Positions 10,441 to 20,000 of a DNA stretch of 20,000 nucleotides are shown piece after piece (position 1 is the first letter of the stretch; each line of letters begins with the position of its first letter). Source of the stretch: Malacoraja senta (Eukaryota); the NCBI GenBank assembly GCA_038087875.1, contig JAXLNO010000075.1:56630-76629 (forward strand). Direction: 5' to 3'. The translations under genes and the position numbers were made by a program. The notes beneath the pieces were generated by a model. It saw only the letters and a list, made by a program, of their open reading frames with translations. It ran no database searches and had not been told where the DNA came from.

Positions 10441-13400
10441 AATAGTATTACTTCAAATAAATAATGTCTGAAAATTATGCACTTTATTTATGTTCCACTT
10501 TTTGAAGTTTTTTACAACTCCTTTTAACAGTCATGTTATGCATTTTTCTATTCTTGAATTTGAGTCCATAGTGCATGTGGATACTCACAAAGATTGCTAC
10601 AATTCTAATCTTGACTCTATTGCAGCACAAGTTCATGTCTTTGTATTGCTGTGTGTTATGTATTGCTGTGTTTATTAGATGGGAAATGTTATCCCTGGTC
10701 ATCTTAACATCATCAAATTCTGTGCGGAACACTTTCTCGCACACTTCACAGAACCCAAGAAAGTATTCCGAAGGCACCATCAATGAGCCAAAGTCAGACG
10801 TTGATGTGTCGTATGCTTTGTGATGGATGAATATGAGTGCAGGATCTACTAAAGTGGCATCCGTTCGTAATAGAACTTCTCTGCATGTGTGGCATTTTGA
10901 GGACAGTTCATGTGAAGAGATGATTTTGTGACAGATGTGTCCTGCGATGTAAGCTAGTGTATTCTCTTCAGGGAGATCTAGTGAAATGCTGCAGACTGCA
11001 TTGTGCTGTTTTGTTTTATTGGTATGGGAGATAGATGGAGATGGTTTCTTGACTCTGTTTTTTGTTAGTGTTTGCAATGTTAAGATAAATCTGTCTGAGT
11101 CGGGGGAACAGTTTGCACTCACAGATGGCTTTATCAGTTCAGCCACCATAACCATCCGGAAAGCACATCGAAACTCCTTCGCTGATGGATTTTCTCTGAA
11201 TCCGCCCTTTCGCTGAATAGTGGAGAACAAATTCTCTACAACATCCTGATTGATCCGAGATGTGAACATAAAACGGGCGTCTGTGCTTTCCTTTATGTGC
11301 TGCCACAGCTGTGAAATGCAAGAAATTGCAAGCCGCCATCCCTTGACAAACAACACATTTTTAGCTCCAAGCACTGTCAAGCTTCGGAGTACAGTCAAGC
11401 ATGATTCAAAGAATGACTTATGCGCAGACTTTTCAGAAATAGGCCTCCTTAACATTTTGGGGTCCTTGAAAAACCTGCTGTTAAATGAGTCAAACCGTCC
11501 ATCAACCATTTCAATGAACTCTGCCACATAAACAGCCTCCCCAGGTAACTTTCCAAGAGCTGCATAGGTGTAGACGCCTGCTGCTACCGAATGGCTAAGC
11601 ACCTGCGCAGCCTTGTTGACTCTCATTTTAGAGAAGCTGTTTAAAACAAAATGTCCTCTGGTTAATTTATGGGCTTTTCTAATGGGCAACTGTGAATCAT
11701 GATCATAAAATGTGTAAATATTACCCCATTTGATATGTTTTTTTATGCCATCCTCTCCCTTGACATCAAAAACATATTTCTCCAAATTTGAGCGAGTGTT
11801 TTTCAACAAGTGGGGTGGGTCATGCATGCAATAGATATTGGTTCCCCCGTGGACGAAGAAAGGATGGTCTTCTGTCACACCCAAGTTGGAGTACAGGCGA
11901 ATATTGCTTGGGCCTTGGTCACAAACAACGGCATTAGGCTGTAGTCCAATAGCCTTAACCTTCTGTAAACATTCATTGAGTAATGTTTGTAGTTTGTCAG
12001 CCGTTGTGCAGTCCCGTGAAAGAAAGTAACCTACAGGTTGCTTCCATTTCCCCATCAAGCCTCTAACCATGAAAACTAGGGCATGGTTGGCAGGCCTTGA
12101 TGTCTTCCCTTGGGATCCAAAGTCCTCAAAACCTTCCACTGAATCTTCAGTAATATTGTAAGAGAGGCTTGCACGTAAACTCATTTCGTCAAAGGAGACT
12201 ACACATAATGTATCCCTCTCTGACATCCCCGCAACCCTGTCTTTCAAAAGTTCAAAGATCTTAGCGGGAAACCCAGGCCTCACTTCAATATTGCTCAACC
12301 ACCTACGTAGTGATGAGATTGATGGAAGTGTGAAAATGCACTGGCAGAACTGATATGCTCGGGGACTCTGGTGGTAGAGGGACAAGGCAACCACCTTGTC
12401 TGAATAACTCCATCGTCTTCCTCTTGCACTTCTACGTCCAGCCGCATTACGCAACTGCGACGCAAAGAAAGACAGCGCTGGTTCTTGTAAAAATTCACCA
12501 GCCCCTCAGATCAAGTCACTAATTGTCTTAATTTCTGTAGTATTCTTTTTCATTGATAATTTAATCTGTTGTACTCTTTTTTTGAGGGGGAAAGTACGCT
12601 GTCTTTCCTTCTTCAGAGCTCTGCTGTCATTCACATTTGGTGTGGATTGAAGATCAGGTTTTTCAGGAGTTGTAGAGACATTGCTGGGTTCTTTACGATG
12701 AATTTTGTCTGCAGCTGAGCAGTAAGAATGTTCGGCCAGTATGTTGTGTGACACTGCCAAGACCAAAAAAATGAGAAAGGGAAAAAGAAATGTCAAGCAT
12801 ACTAATGAAAAAGATGAAGCATATACATGTAAATAAATCAGCATCTACTAATAATTATAATTAAAAATAGATGTGATGCACCAATTTCAATCTACCAGAA
12901 GAAAAGTTAAATCAATTTAAATGTTGTATGAATTATGCTTGAGGAAGCTTTAAATGGATGTTCTTACTTTAATTAAATACTAGTACGCATTCCATCAGCC
13001 CACACTGTGTAGTCTTACGTGTGATTATAGTTTTGTGAACATTTCACAAATGAAAATAAAAGTACCATACATGCCATTACATATTGACCATTGGCAATTA
13101 TATCAGTTTGGATATAACTTTTTAATATTTAGCCAAAATGAGAGAATATATTTTATTTTAAAAAGGAGAAAATTACTTGCCTCTTTGCTGTTTTAAAGGC
13201 GTTGGTGAGGATGGGAGGTTCTCATTCTTCCTCTTGAGTAACCTGCGTTGGGAAGACAGACGTTTTGGCGGGTTAGGAATGTCAAAGAGCGTTGGAACTG
13301 CATTCCAATTTAGCCTGTTCTTGGTCTGCTTGTTGGAAAACTGGTCAAGTTCAAAGTGTAAAGAACAAAGACAACAGTTGGCTGACAAGTACTCCGGAGT

Positions 13401-13694
13401 TCAGTTCAGGAGATCTTGTCGACGAGTATTCTGGACCCACTGTTGACATCTGAAATTACAGAACATATCATTTAGGATTAACTACATGCCTGCAGAATGG
13501 ATGATGTATCACTTAAGTGCAATTGTTTTCAGTTGTGTGGAGAGACCTGTATATTGAAGATGCATTTTGCCTCTAATATGTCAATTTACCTTAAATGTAG
13601 AAGAGATTATTAAAAACTTCTTACAAAGACCATTAAGTATTTTCTTTCTATCCTCTTTTGGACCTAAGGCATAGCAGGGCTGCCAACTCTCACA

Positions 13695-14100
13695 CAGAGG
13701 GAAGGGAGGGAGAGAGGGAAGGGAGGGAGGGAAAGAACGGAGAGGGAGAGAGGGAGGGAGATCGAGAGAAGAGAGGGGAGAGAGAGATCGAGAGAAGGGG
13801 GAGAGAGAGAGATCGATTCTGACTCCGCGGTGTTTTCAATCCAGCGCCGCCCGCCCGCGGCGGGACGCCCTCACACCGCAGACCGCAGACCCTGTTGGTG
13901 GTCGGCGGTCACAGCACTCCGGAGCGGCGACCCGGCAAGGCATCGCCCGCTCCGTGTTGGTGTCCCAGCGCTGAGAGAGAGGAGAAAGAGAGAGAAGGGG
14001 AAAGAGAGAGAAGGGGAGAGGGAGAAGGGGGTGAGGGAGAAGAGGGAGAGGGAGAAGGGGGAGAGGGAGAAGGGGAAGAGGGAGAAGGGGGAAGGGAGAG
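13695..14100. repeat. Purine-rich (GA/GGA) low-complexity tracts flanking a CpG-rich segment inside intron 1
   Basis: GA-rich at 13695-13815 and 13972-14100; GC-rich at 13825-13970. Confidence 0.8.
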
Positions 14101-14142
14101 TGGAACGATGGCACGTTATAAGGCGCAGCCGTCCCATCCGGC

Positions 14143-14178
14143 CAAAGATTATAGAGCAGAGCTCCTCTAGTATCTTTG
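14143..14178. mobile_element. 36-bp end-to-end TIR remnant
   Basis: CAAAGATTATAGAGCAGA joined to GCTCCTCTAGTATCTTTG. The right half is the exact reverse complement of 2632-2649. No clean TSD. Confidence 0.72.
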
Positions 14179-14227
14179 ATTCCGACCGCCGCCGCCGCCG
14201 CCGAACCCCCCGCCCCACCATTGCACC

Positions 14228-14263
14228 CAAAGATATAGAGCGAATGGAGTTTTATAATCTTTG
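14228..14263. mobile_element. 36-bp end-to-end TIR remnant with perfect 8-bp TSD (probable P-element excision footprint)
   Basis: ATTGCACC-[CAAAGATATAGAGCGAATGGAGTTTTATAATCTTTG]-ATTGCACC. Confidence 0.82.
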
Positions 14264-14754
14264 ATTGCACCCTTCTTCACGGCGGGCTTGTGATCTTTGC
14301 TTGTGGTGTCTCGACAATTCGAGGGACATAACGGGTAACAGCCGCCGCGTTCCCGGACTCGAATCTGAGCTCGAAAAATCTGGTGGTCACTGGGCCTAAT
14401 GTGTCCATAACACGGGCCATATTTTGGAGACCCCTGCCTTACAAGAACAAAACCAAAAACGTACAGAAGTGTTACAATTATTGGCTTTATTATTGGTAAA
14501 TAAAGATCTATTAAAAATAATTCTAATAACTTTCTAATGTACCGACAAACCTAGTTTCCTAATGACCGTTGATGGGAGAACAGAAAATAACATTTTCAGT
14601 TCAGAATAAAATCGACAGATGTCACATATAATATATTTTCTCACCTTTCTTTTTTATCGGGGAACCTAAAGAATGACAGGTCGGGTCGTTTACATTGACG
14701 ATTTGAGCAATTGATAGCAGAGCAGTGATATGAAGATTTAGATGTAGATGCCAT

Positions 14755-14857
14755 GACTGTAGTCGAGGCACGCCGGTAAAATGGCGTCGACAACCACCCA
14801 TGGCATACTACCCTTTTTTTGCTGAGTGGCGCATCTTGCTCTGCTATATAACCTTTG
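14755..14857 (-). mobile_element. 5' terminus (TIR plus promoter region) of the transposase-bearing P element
   Basis: Minus strand starts CAAAGGTTATATAGCAGAGCAAGAT (18/20 identical to the end at 2767) and contains YY1-like CGCCATTTT. It lies 103 bp upstream of the ATG, and its boundary coincides with the start of homology to 18494. Confidence 0.8.
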
Positions 14858-15872
14858 GTGAAGAGCAGGTAAGGATAAAAGCACTGCCATGCAGCGGGAG
14901 GCAGGAATGCAGCCAGTGATGCATGCATTCCCTTTAATGCAGCCAGTGATGCATGCATTCCCTTTAATGCAGCCAGTGATGCATGCATTCCCTTTAATGC
15001 AGCCAGTGATGCATGCATTCCCTTTAATGCAGCCAGTGATGCATGCATTCCCTTTGATACAGCCAATGATGCATGCCTTCTCCTTAATGCAGCCAGTGAC
15101 GCATGCATTCCCTTTAATGTAGCCAGTGATGCATGCATTGCCTTTAATGCAGCCAGTGACGCATGCATTCCCTTTAATGCAGCCAGTGACGCATTCATTC
15201 CCTTTAATGCCGCCAGTGATGCATGCATTCCCTTTAATGCAACCAGTGATGCATGCATGCCCTTTACTGCAGCAGGGGGAACATGCACAGGTGCTTGCAG
15301 GCCGATCCCCGCATTTTATAATTCACACTATATTCACACTTAATATAGCCCTTCAGGCAGATTTCTGTCTTATTTCCAAACCATTTCCCCAAACTCACGA
15401 AGCCGACCTTGCGTGACAACGGTGTGGATGTGGGGAGTCCAGACCGCCCAAAACAGGCCCTTCGGCCCATTCCCCCCCCTGCCAGCCCGCAGTTGGTATT
15501 GTGTGAATCAGGTCTACGTTCGCCCAAATCCCCTCTAGCAGAGAGAGAGAGAGACAGAGAGACAGAGAGAGAAAGAGAGGCAGAGAGAAAGAGGGATAGC
15601 GAGAGAGAAACAGAGAGACAGAGTGATACAGTGTGGAAACAGGCCCTTTGGCCCAACTTGACACACTGGCCTACATGCCCCATCTACACTAGTCCCACAT
15701 GCTGCCCGCGTTTGGCCCATATCCCTCCAAACCTGTCCTATCCATGTACCTGTCCAAGTGTTGTTATAGTCCCAGCCTCAGCTGCCTCCTCCGGCAGCTC
15801 GTTCCATACACCCACCACCCTCTGTGTGGAAAAGTTGCCCCTCAGATTCCTATTCAAATTTCCCCACCCCCG
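14858..15872 (+). repeat. Segmental duplication, copy 1 (aligns with 18494-20000; the unit probably extends to ~18493)
   Basis: Near-identical from GTGAAGAGCAGGTAAGGATAAAAG through the minisatellite, spacer and CR1 fragment to the window end. Confidence 0.95.
14906..15265. repeat. 30-bp minisatellite, 12 units (AATGCAGCCAGTGATGCATGCATTCCCTTT)
   Basis: Head-to-tail repeats with no spacers. Confidence 0.97.
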
Positions 15873-16224
15873 CCTCTCTCACCTTAAATCCATGTCCTCT
15901 GATCCTCGATTCCCCTATTCTGGGCAAGAGACTCTGTGTGTCTACACGATCTATTCCTCTTGTGATTTTGTACACATCTATAAGATCACCCCTCATCCTC
16001 CTGCGCTCCAAGGAATAGAGTCCCAGCCCTGCCCCAACCTCTCCCTGTAGCTCAGGCCCCTCGAGTCCTGGCAACATCCTAGTAAATCTTCTCCGCGCCC
16101 TTTCAAACTCAATGACATCTTTCCTGTAACACGGTGCCCAGAACTGAACGCAATACTCTAAACGCAACCTCACCAACGTCTCGTACAACTGCAACGTGAC
16201 CTCCCAACTTCTAGACTCAATACA

Positions 16225-16225
<1 letters not shown>
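15630..16225 (-). mobile_element. CR1 LINE 3' fragment
   Basis: LQLYETLVRLRLEYCVQFWAPCYRKD...LGLYSLERRRMRGDLIDVYKI...RGHGFKV, followed by a CR1-type 3' region and a GA-type simple repeat at 15540-15630. Confidence 0.92.
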
Positions 16226-16583
<358 letters not shown>

Positions 16584-16704
16584 CATTTTTGCTGTATTTC
16601 CCACTGTTTTGTGGGAAACACTGCGGTGTTGTGAGCGAGTACATACCGGGGGAAATACAAGAGAGAGACAAATGTTGACTTTTTTCCTCTTTTCTTTTCT
16701 ACAG

Positions 16705-16850
16705 ATGTGAACAATGAAGGAGGATATAGGACCAGGCGCCTGCTGCTGCTGATGCTGCTGTGGAAAACAAATAATTTTGCTCTGAAACTGGAGCCAAGTT
16801 GTATTAAAGTGGGTGGGTCTTGCAATGAAATAAAAATACATTCATCAAAT
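16705..16850 (+). other. Putative terminal exon of the duplicated (likely non-coding) transcription unit
   Basis: Strong acceptor TTGACTTTTTTCCTCTTTTCTTTTCTACAG| ending at 16704, and AATAAA at 16829-16834. No convincing ORF. Confidence 0.5.
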
Positions 16851-17387
16851 CAAACACTTGACTTATGATTATTATGATCATCACACATTGAGGCCTGAGG
16901 GCTAGTAAAGGCCTGATGAGCCTTAGGGGCACATCCTGGGCTAGTACAGGGCCTGATTGGCCAAAGGGACACTTAAGCAACTATTTTTGGTGGGGTGTAA
17001 TCTGAGTTTTGAGTAGTCACCTTTGACTATTATGATCATCACACACTGAGGCTGGTGGCTGGGGAGGGCTAGTGTGGGGACAGAGAACAGTGTGGGGGGG
17101 ACAGAACAGTGGGGACAGAGAACATGCCGGATTGGCAGAAGGGTCACCTCCTGGGCTAGCACAGATAGGCCGAATGAGGGAATGCTTTTTGCTATTTTTC
17201 CAGCGAGCCTTGGGCCTAAAATAGATTCTGAGCCAGGCACGCAGCAAAATCCATTTGTTGGCCTTTTCCATGTGCTGGCTGGCTGGCTGGCTGGCAAGGT
17301 GCTTTTAAGCCTTTAATGCATCACAGAGCCATGAGGGAATACTTGCTGCAATTTGACCAGCTTTGTGGGGCCAATAATGCATTCTCA

Positions 17388-17411
17388 TAATCAATCAATC
17401 AATCAATCAAT

Positions 17412-17491
<80 letters not shown>

Positions 17492-17500
17492 CTCTCTCTC
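17388..17500. repeat. (AATC)n plus (TC)n microsatellite
   Basis: Directly visible. Confidence 0.95.
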
Positions 17501-17509
17501 CCCCCTTTC

Positions 17510-18295
17510 CCTCTCTCCATCCCTTCATCCCCCCTCCTTTGATCTCTCCATCCCTTCATCCCCCCCTCCTTTGTTCTCTCCATCCCTTCATCCCCCCTCC
17601 TTTGTTCTCTCCATCCCTTCATCCCCTCCTTTGTTCTCTCCATCCCTTCATCCCCCTTTTTCTCTCCATCCCTTCATCCCCCATCCTTTGTTCTCTCCAT
17701 CCCTTCATCCCCCCCTCCTTTGATCTCTCCATCCCTTCATCCCCCCTCCTTTGTTCTCTCCATCCCTTCATCCCCCCTCCTTTGTTCTCTCCATCCCTTC
17801 ATCCCCCCTCCTTTGTTCTCTCCATCCCTTCATCCCCCCTCCTTTGTTCTCTCCATCCCTTCATCCCCCCTCCTTTGTTCTCTCCATTCCTTCATCCCCC
17901 CTCCTTTGTTCTCTCCATCCCTTCATCCCCCCTCCTTTGTTCTCTCCATTCCTTCATCCCCCCCTCCTTTGTTCTCTCCATCCCTTCATCCCCCCTCCTT
18001 TATTCTCTCCATCCCTTCATCCCCCCTCCTTTGTTCTCTCCATCCCTTCATCCCCCTCCTTTGTTCTCTCCATCCCTTCATCCCCCCTCCTTTGATCTCT
18101 CCATCCCTTCATCCCCCCTCCTTTGATCTCTCCATCCCTTCATCCCCCCCCCCTTTGTTCTCTCCATCCCTTCATCCCCCCTCCTTTGTTCTCTCCATCC
18201 CTTCATCCCCCCCCCTTTGTTCTCTCCATCCCTTCATCCCCCTCCTTTGTTCTCTCCATCCCTTCATCCCCCCCTCCTTTGTTCTCTCCATTCCA
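17510..18295. repeat. ~31-bp pyrimidine-rich minisatellite (TCTCTCCATCCCTTCATCCCCCCTCCTTTGT), about 25 units
   Basis: Tandem units differ mostly in C-run length. Confidence 0.96.
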
Positions 18296-18324
18296 CCCTC
18301 AATGCCACAAAAAACAACAACAAA

Positions 18325-18510
18325 ACACCCGGAACCAAAATTACGGCGTTTCGCCCTCCACCCGGACGCCTGAGACCCGCCGTCCCACTTTGCCAGCGCC
18401 AGTGCGCCGGTCTAAAGCGTCCCCCTTTCCCCGGAAGCGCTGTTGTGGTCGAGAGGTTCGCCACCCGACCGGAAGTTGTGCGGGAATCCAGCTGTGAAGA
18501 GCAGGTAAGG
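18325..18510 (+). promoter_or_regulatory. CpG-rich promoter and short first exon: TCT-like initiator, ETS sites, splice donor
   Basis: High CpG density, CCCTTTCC at 18423-18430, CCGGAAGC at 18431, CCGGAAGT at 18469, and donor CAG|GTAAGG at 18504/18505. Confidence 0.6.
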
Positions 18511-18541
18511 ATAAAAGTGCTGTCATGCAGCGGGAGGCAGC

Positions 18542-19380
18542 AATGCGGCCAGTGATGCATGCAATCCCTTTAATGCAGCCAGTGATGCATGCATTCCCTT
18601 TAATGCAGCCAGTGATGCATGCATCCCCTTTAATGCAGCCAGTGACTCATGCATTCCCTTTAATGCAGCCAGTGACGCATGCATTCCCTTTAATGGAGCC
18701 AGTGATGCATGCATTCCCTTTAATGCAGCCAGTGATGCATGCATCCCCTTTAATGCAGCCAGTGATGCATGCATTCCCTTTAATGCAGCCAGTGATGCAT
18801 GCATCCCCTTTAATGCAGCCAGTGACGCATGCATTCCCTTTAATGCAGCCAGCGACGCATGCATTCCATTTAATGGAGCCAGTGATGCATGCATTCCCTT
18901 TAATGCAGCCAGTGATGCATGCATTCCTTTTAATGCAGCCAGTGATGCATGCATTCTCTTTAATGCAGCCAGTGATGCATGCATTCCCTTTAATGCAGCC
19001 AGTGATGCATGCATTCCCTTTAATGCAGCCAGTGATGCATGTATTCCCTTTAATGCAGCCAGTGATGCATGCATTCCCTTTAATGCAGCCAGTGATGCAT
19101 GCATTCTCTTTAATGCAGCCAGTGACGCATGCATTCCCTTCAATGCAGCCAGCGATGCATGCATCGCCTTTGATGCAGCCAGTGACGCATGCATTCCCTT
19201 TAATGCAGCCAGTGACGCATGCATTCCCTTTATTGCAGCCAGTGAAGCATGCATTCCCTTTAATGCAGCCGTGATGCATGCATTCCCTTTAATGCAGCCA
19301 GTGATGCACGCATTCCCTTTAATGCAGCCAGTGATGCATGCATTCCCTTTAATGCAACCAGTGATGCATGCATGCCCTTT
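18542..19380. repeat. 30-bp minisatellite, 28 units
   Basis: Same unit as 14906-15265, with a 1-bp deletion near 19270. Confidence 0.97.
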
Positions 19381-19754
19381 AATGCAGCAGGGGGAACATG
19401 CACAGGCACTTGCAGGCCGATCCCCGCATTTTATAATTCACACTATATTCACACTTAATATAGCCCTTAAGGCCGTTTTCTGTCTTATTTCCAAACCATT
19501 TCCCCAAACCCCTCCCCAAACTCACAAAGCCGACCTTGCGTGACAACGGTGTGGATGTGGGGAGTCCAGACCGGCCAAAACAGGCCCTTCCGCCCATTCC
19601 CCCCCTGCCAGCCGCAGTTGGTATTGTGTGAATCGGGTCTACGTTCACCCAAATCCCCTCTAGCAGAGAGAGAGAGAGACAGAGAGACAGAGAGAGAAAG
19701 ACAGGCAGAGAGAAAGAGGGACAGAGAGAGAGAAACAGAGAGACAGAGTGATAC

Positions 19755-20000
19755 AGCGCGGAAACAGGCCCTTTGGCCCAACTTGACACACTGGCTGACA
19801 TGCCCCATCTATACTAGTTCCACATGCTGCCCGCGATTGGCCCATATCACTCCAAACCTGTCCTATCCATGTACCTGTCCAAGTGTTGTTATAGTCCCAG
19901 CCTCAGCTGCCTCCTCCGGCAGCTCGTTCCATACACCCACCACCCCTCTGTGTGGAAAAGTTGCCCCTCAGATTCCTATTCAAATTTCCCCACCCCCCGC
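19755..20000 (-). mobile_element. CR1 LINE 3' fragment (duplicate of 15630-15872)
   Basis: Near-identical to the copy-1 CR1 end. Confidence 0.85.

Larger units (their letters stand above)
10484..14754 (-). pseudogene. P-element (THAP9-like) transposase, 3 exons: 14754-14645, 13449-13181, 12753-10484; 882 codons with 2 premature TGA
   Basis: The THAP domain CSAINC...FFRFP...R.QQWV...LCSLHF...AVPTLF is split over exons 1-2. The core has SFDEM, VCDQG, HDPPHLLKNTR, KMRVNKAAQVLSHSVA and INQDVVENLFS; the C-terminus has YIAGH..CHTC. Exon lengths 110+269+2270=2649 preserve frame. TGA at 13401-13403 and 12506-12508. Confidence 0.93.
18494..20000 (+). repeat. Segmental duplication, copy 2 (runs off the window)
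   Basis: Colinear with 14858-15872 apart from minisatellite copy number and small indels. Confidence 0.95.

Noticed and set aside
12506..13403. Selenocysteine or programmed readthrough at the two TGA codons
   Set aside because: The paralogous fragment has CGA at one site, so CpG deamination is the simpler explanation.
2632..14178. One element bounded by the perfect 18-bp inverted match
   Set aside because: No TSD (CTTGTAAG vs ATTCCGAC), and it would exclude transposase exon 1.
13675..14436. hAT-like TIR pair CAGGGCTGCCAA / TTGGAGACCCCTG
   Set aside because: Imperfect match and non-identical flanks (AGGCATAG vs CCTTACAA). These may be ends of different elements, so no element is called.
10484..14754. 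Calling the gene host THAP9
   Set aside because: It has an adjacent TIR, nonsense mutations and a paralogous fragment; orthology cannot be shown from this window.
16858..17075. Short direct repeat (TTATGATCATCACAC..TGAGG..GAGGGCTAGT) and TGATGA as a C/D snoRNA
   Set aside because: No convincing terminal stem or guide sequence, and it lies outside the putative intron; it looks like a local duplication.
18523..19279. Long repeat ORFs (MHASLAALKG / MHAFPLMQPV / GNACITGCIK), also at 14641-15288
   Set aside because: By-products of a stop-poor 30-bp unit that is open in several frames. Only the last 37 codons of 14641-15288 are real (THAP exon 1).

Overview
Repeat-dense eukaryotic DNA with spliceosomal introns. 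A cartilaginous fish (skate/ray/shark) is my inference from the L1/CR1/Rex1-type LINE mix; this is not verified. Left to right: (1) the 3' end of an L1 LINE abutting (2) an opposite-strand endogenous retrovirus fragment (integrase C-terminus, splice acceptor, decayed env); (3) a 176-bp MITE with CAAAG termini; (4) microsatellites and a decayed THAP-gene fragment; (5) a CR1/Rex1-like LINE composite containing a full-length Gypsy (Mag-like) element with 204-bp LTRs and a GCTAC TSD; (6) a three-exon P-element/THAP9-like transposase (882 codons, two TGA stops, one GC-AG intron) with its 5' terminal inverted repeat (TIR) ending at 14857; (7) a ~3.6-kb tandem duplication that looks like a small TCT-promoter non-coding gene with a 30-bp intronic minisatellite. 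The main finding is a CAAAG-terminated vertebrate P-element system. It includes 36-41 bp end-to-end TIR remnants, one with a perfect 8-bp TSD, that match the footprint expected from P-type ~17-nt staggered excision. The element sits in the first exon of the duplicated gene, and the empty site is visible in the other copy.
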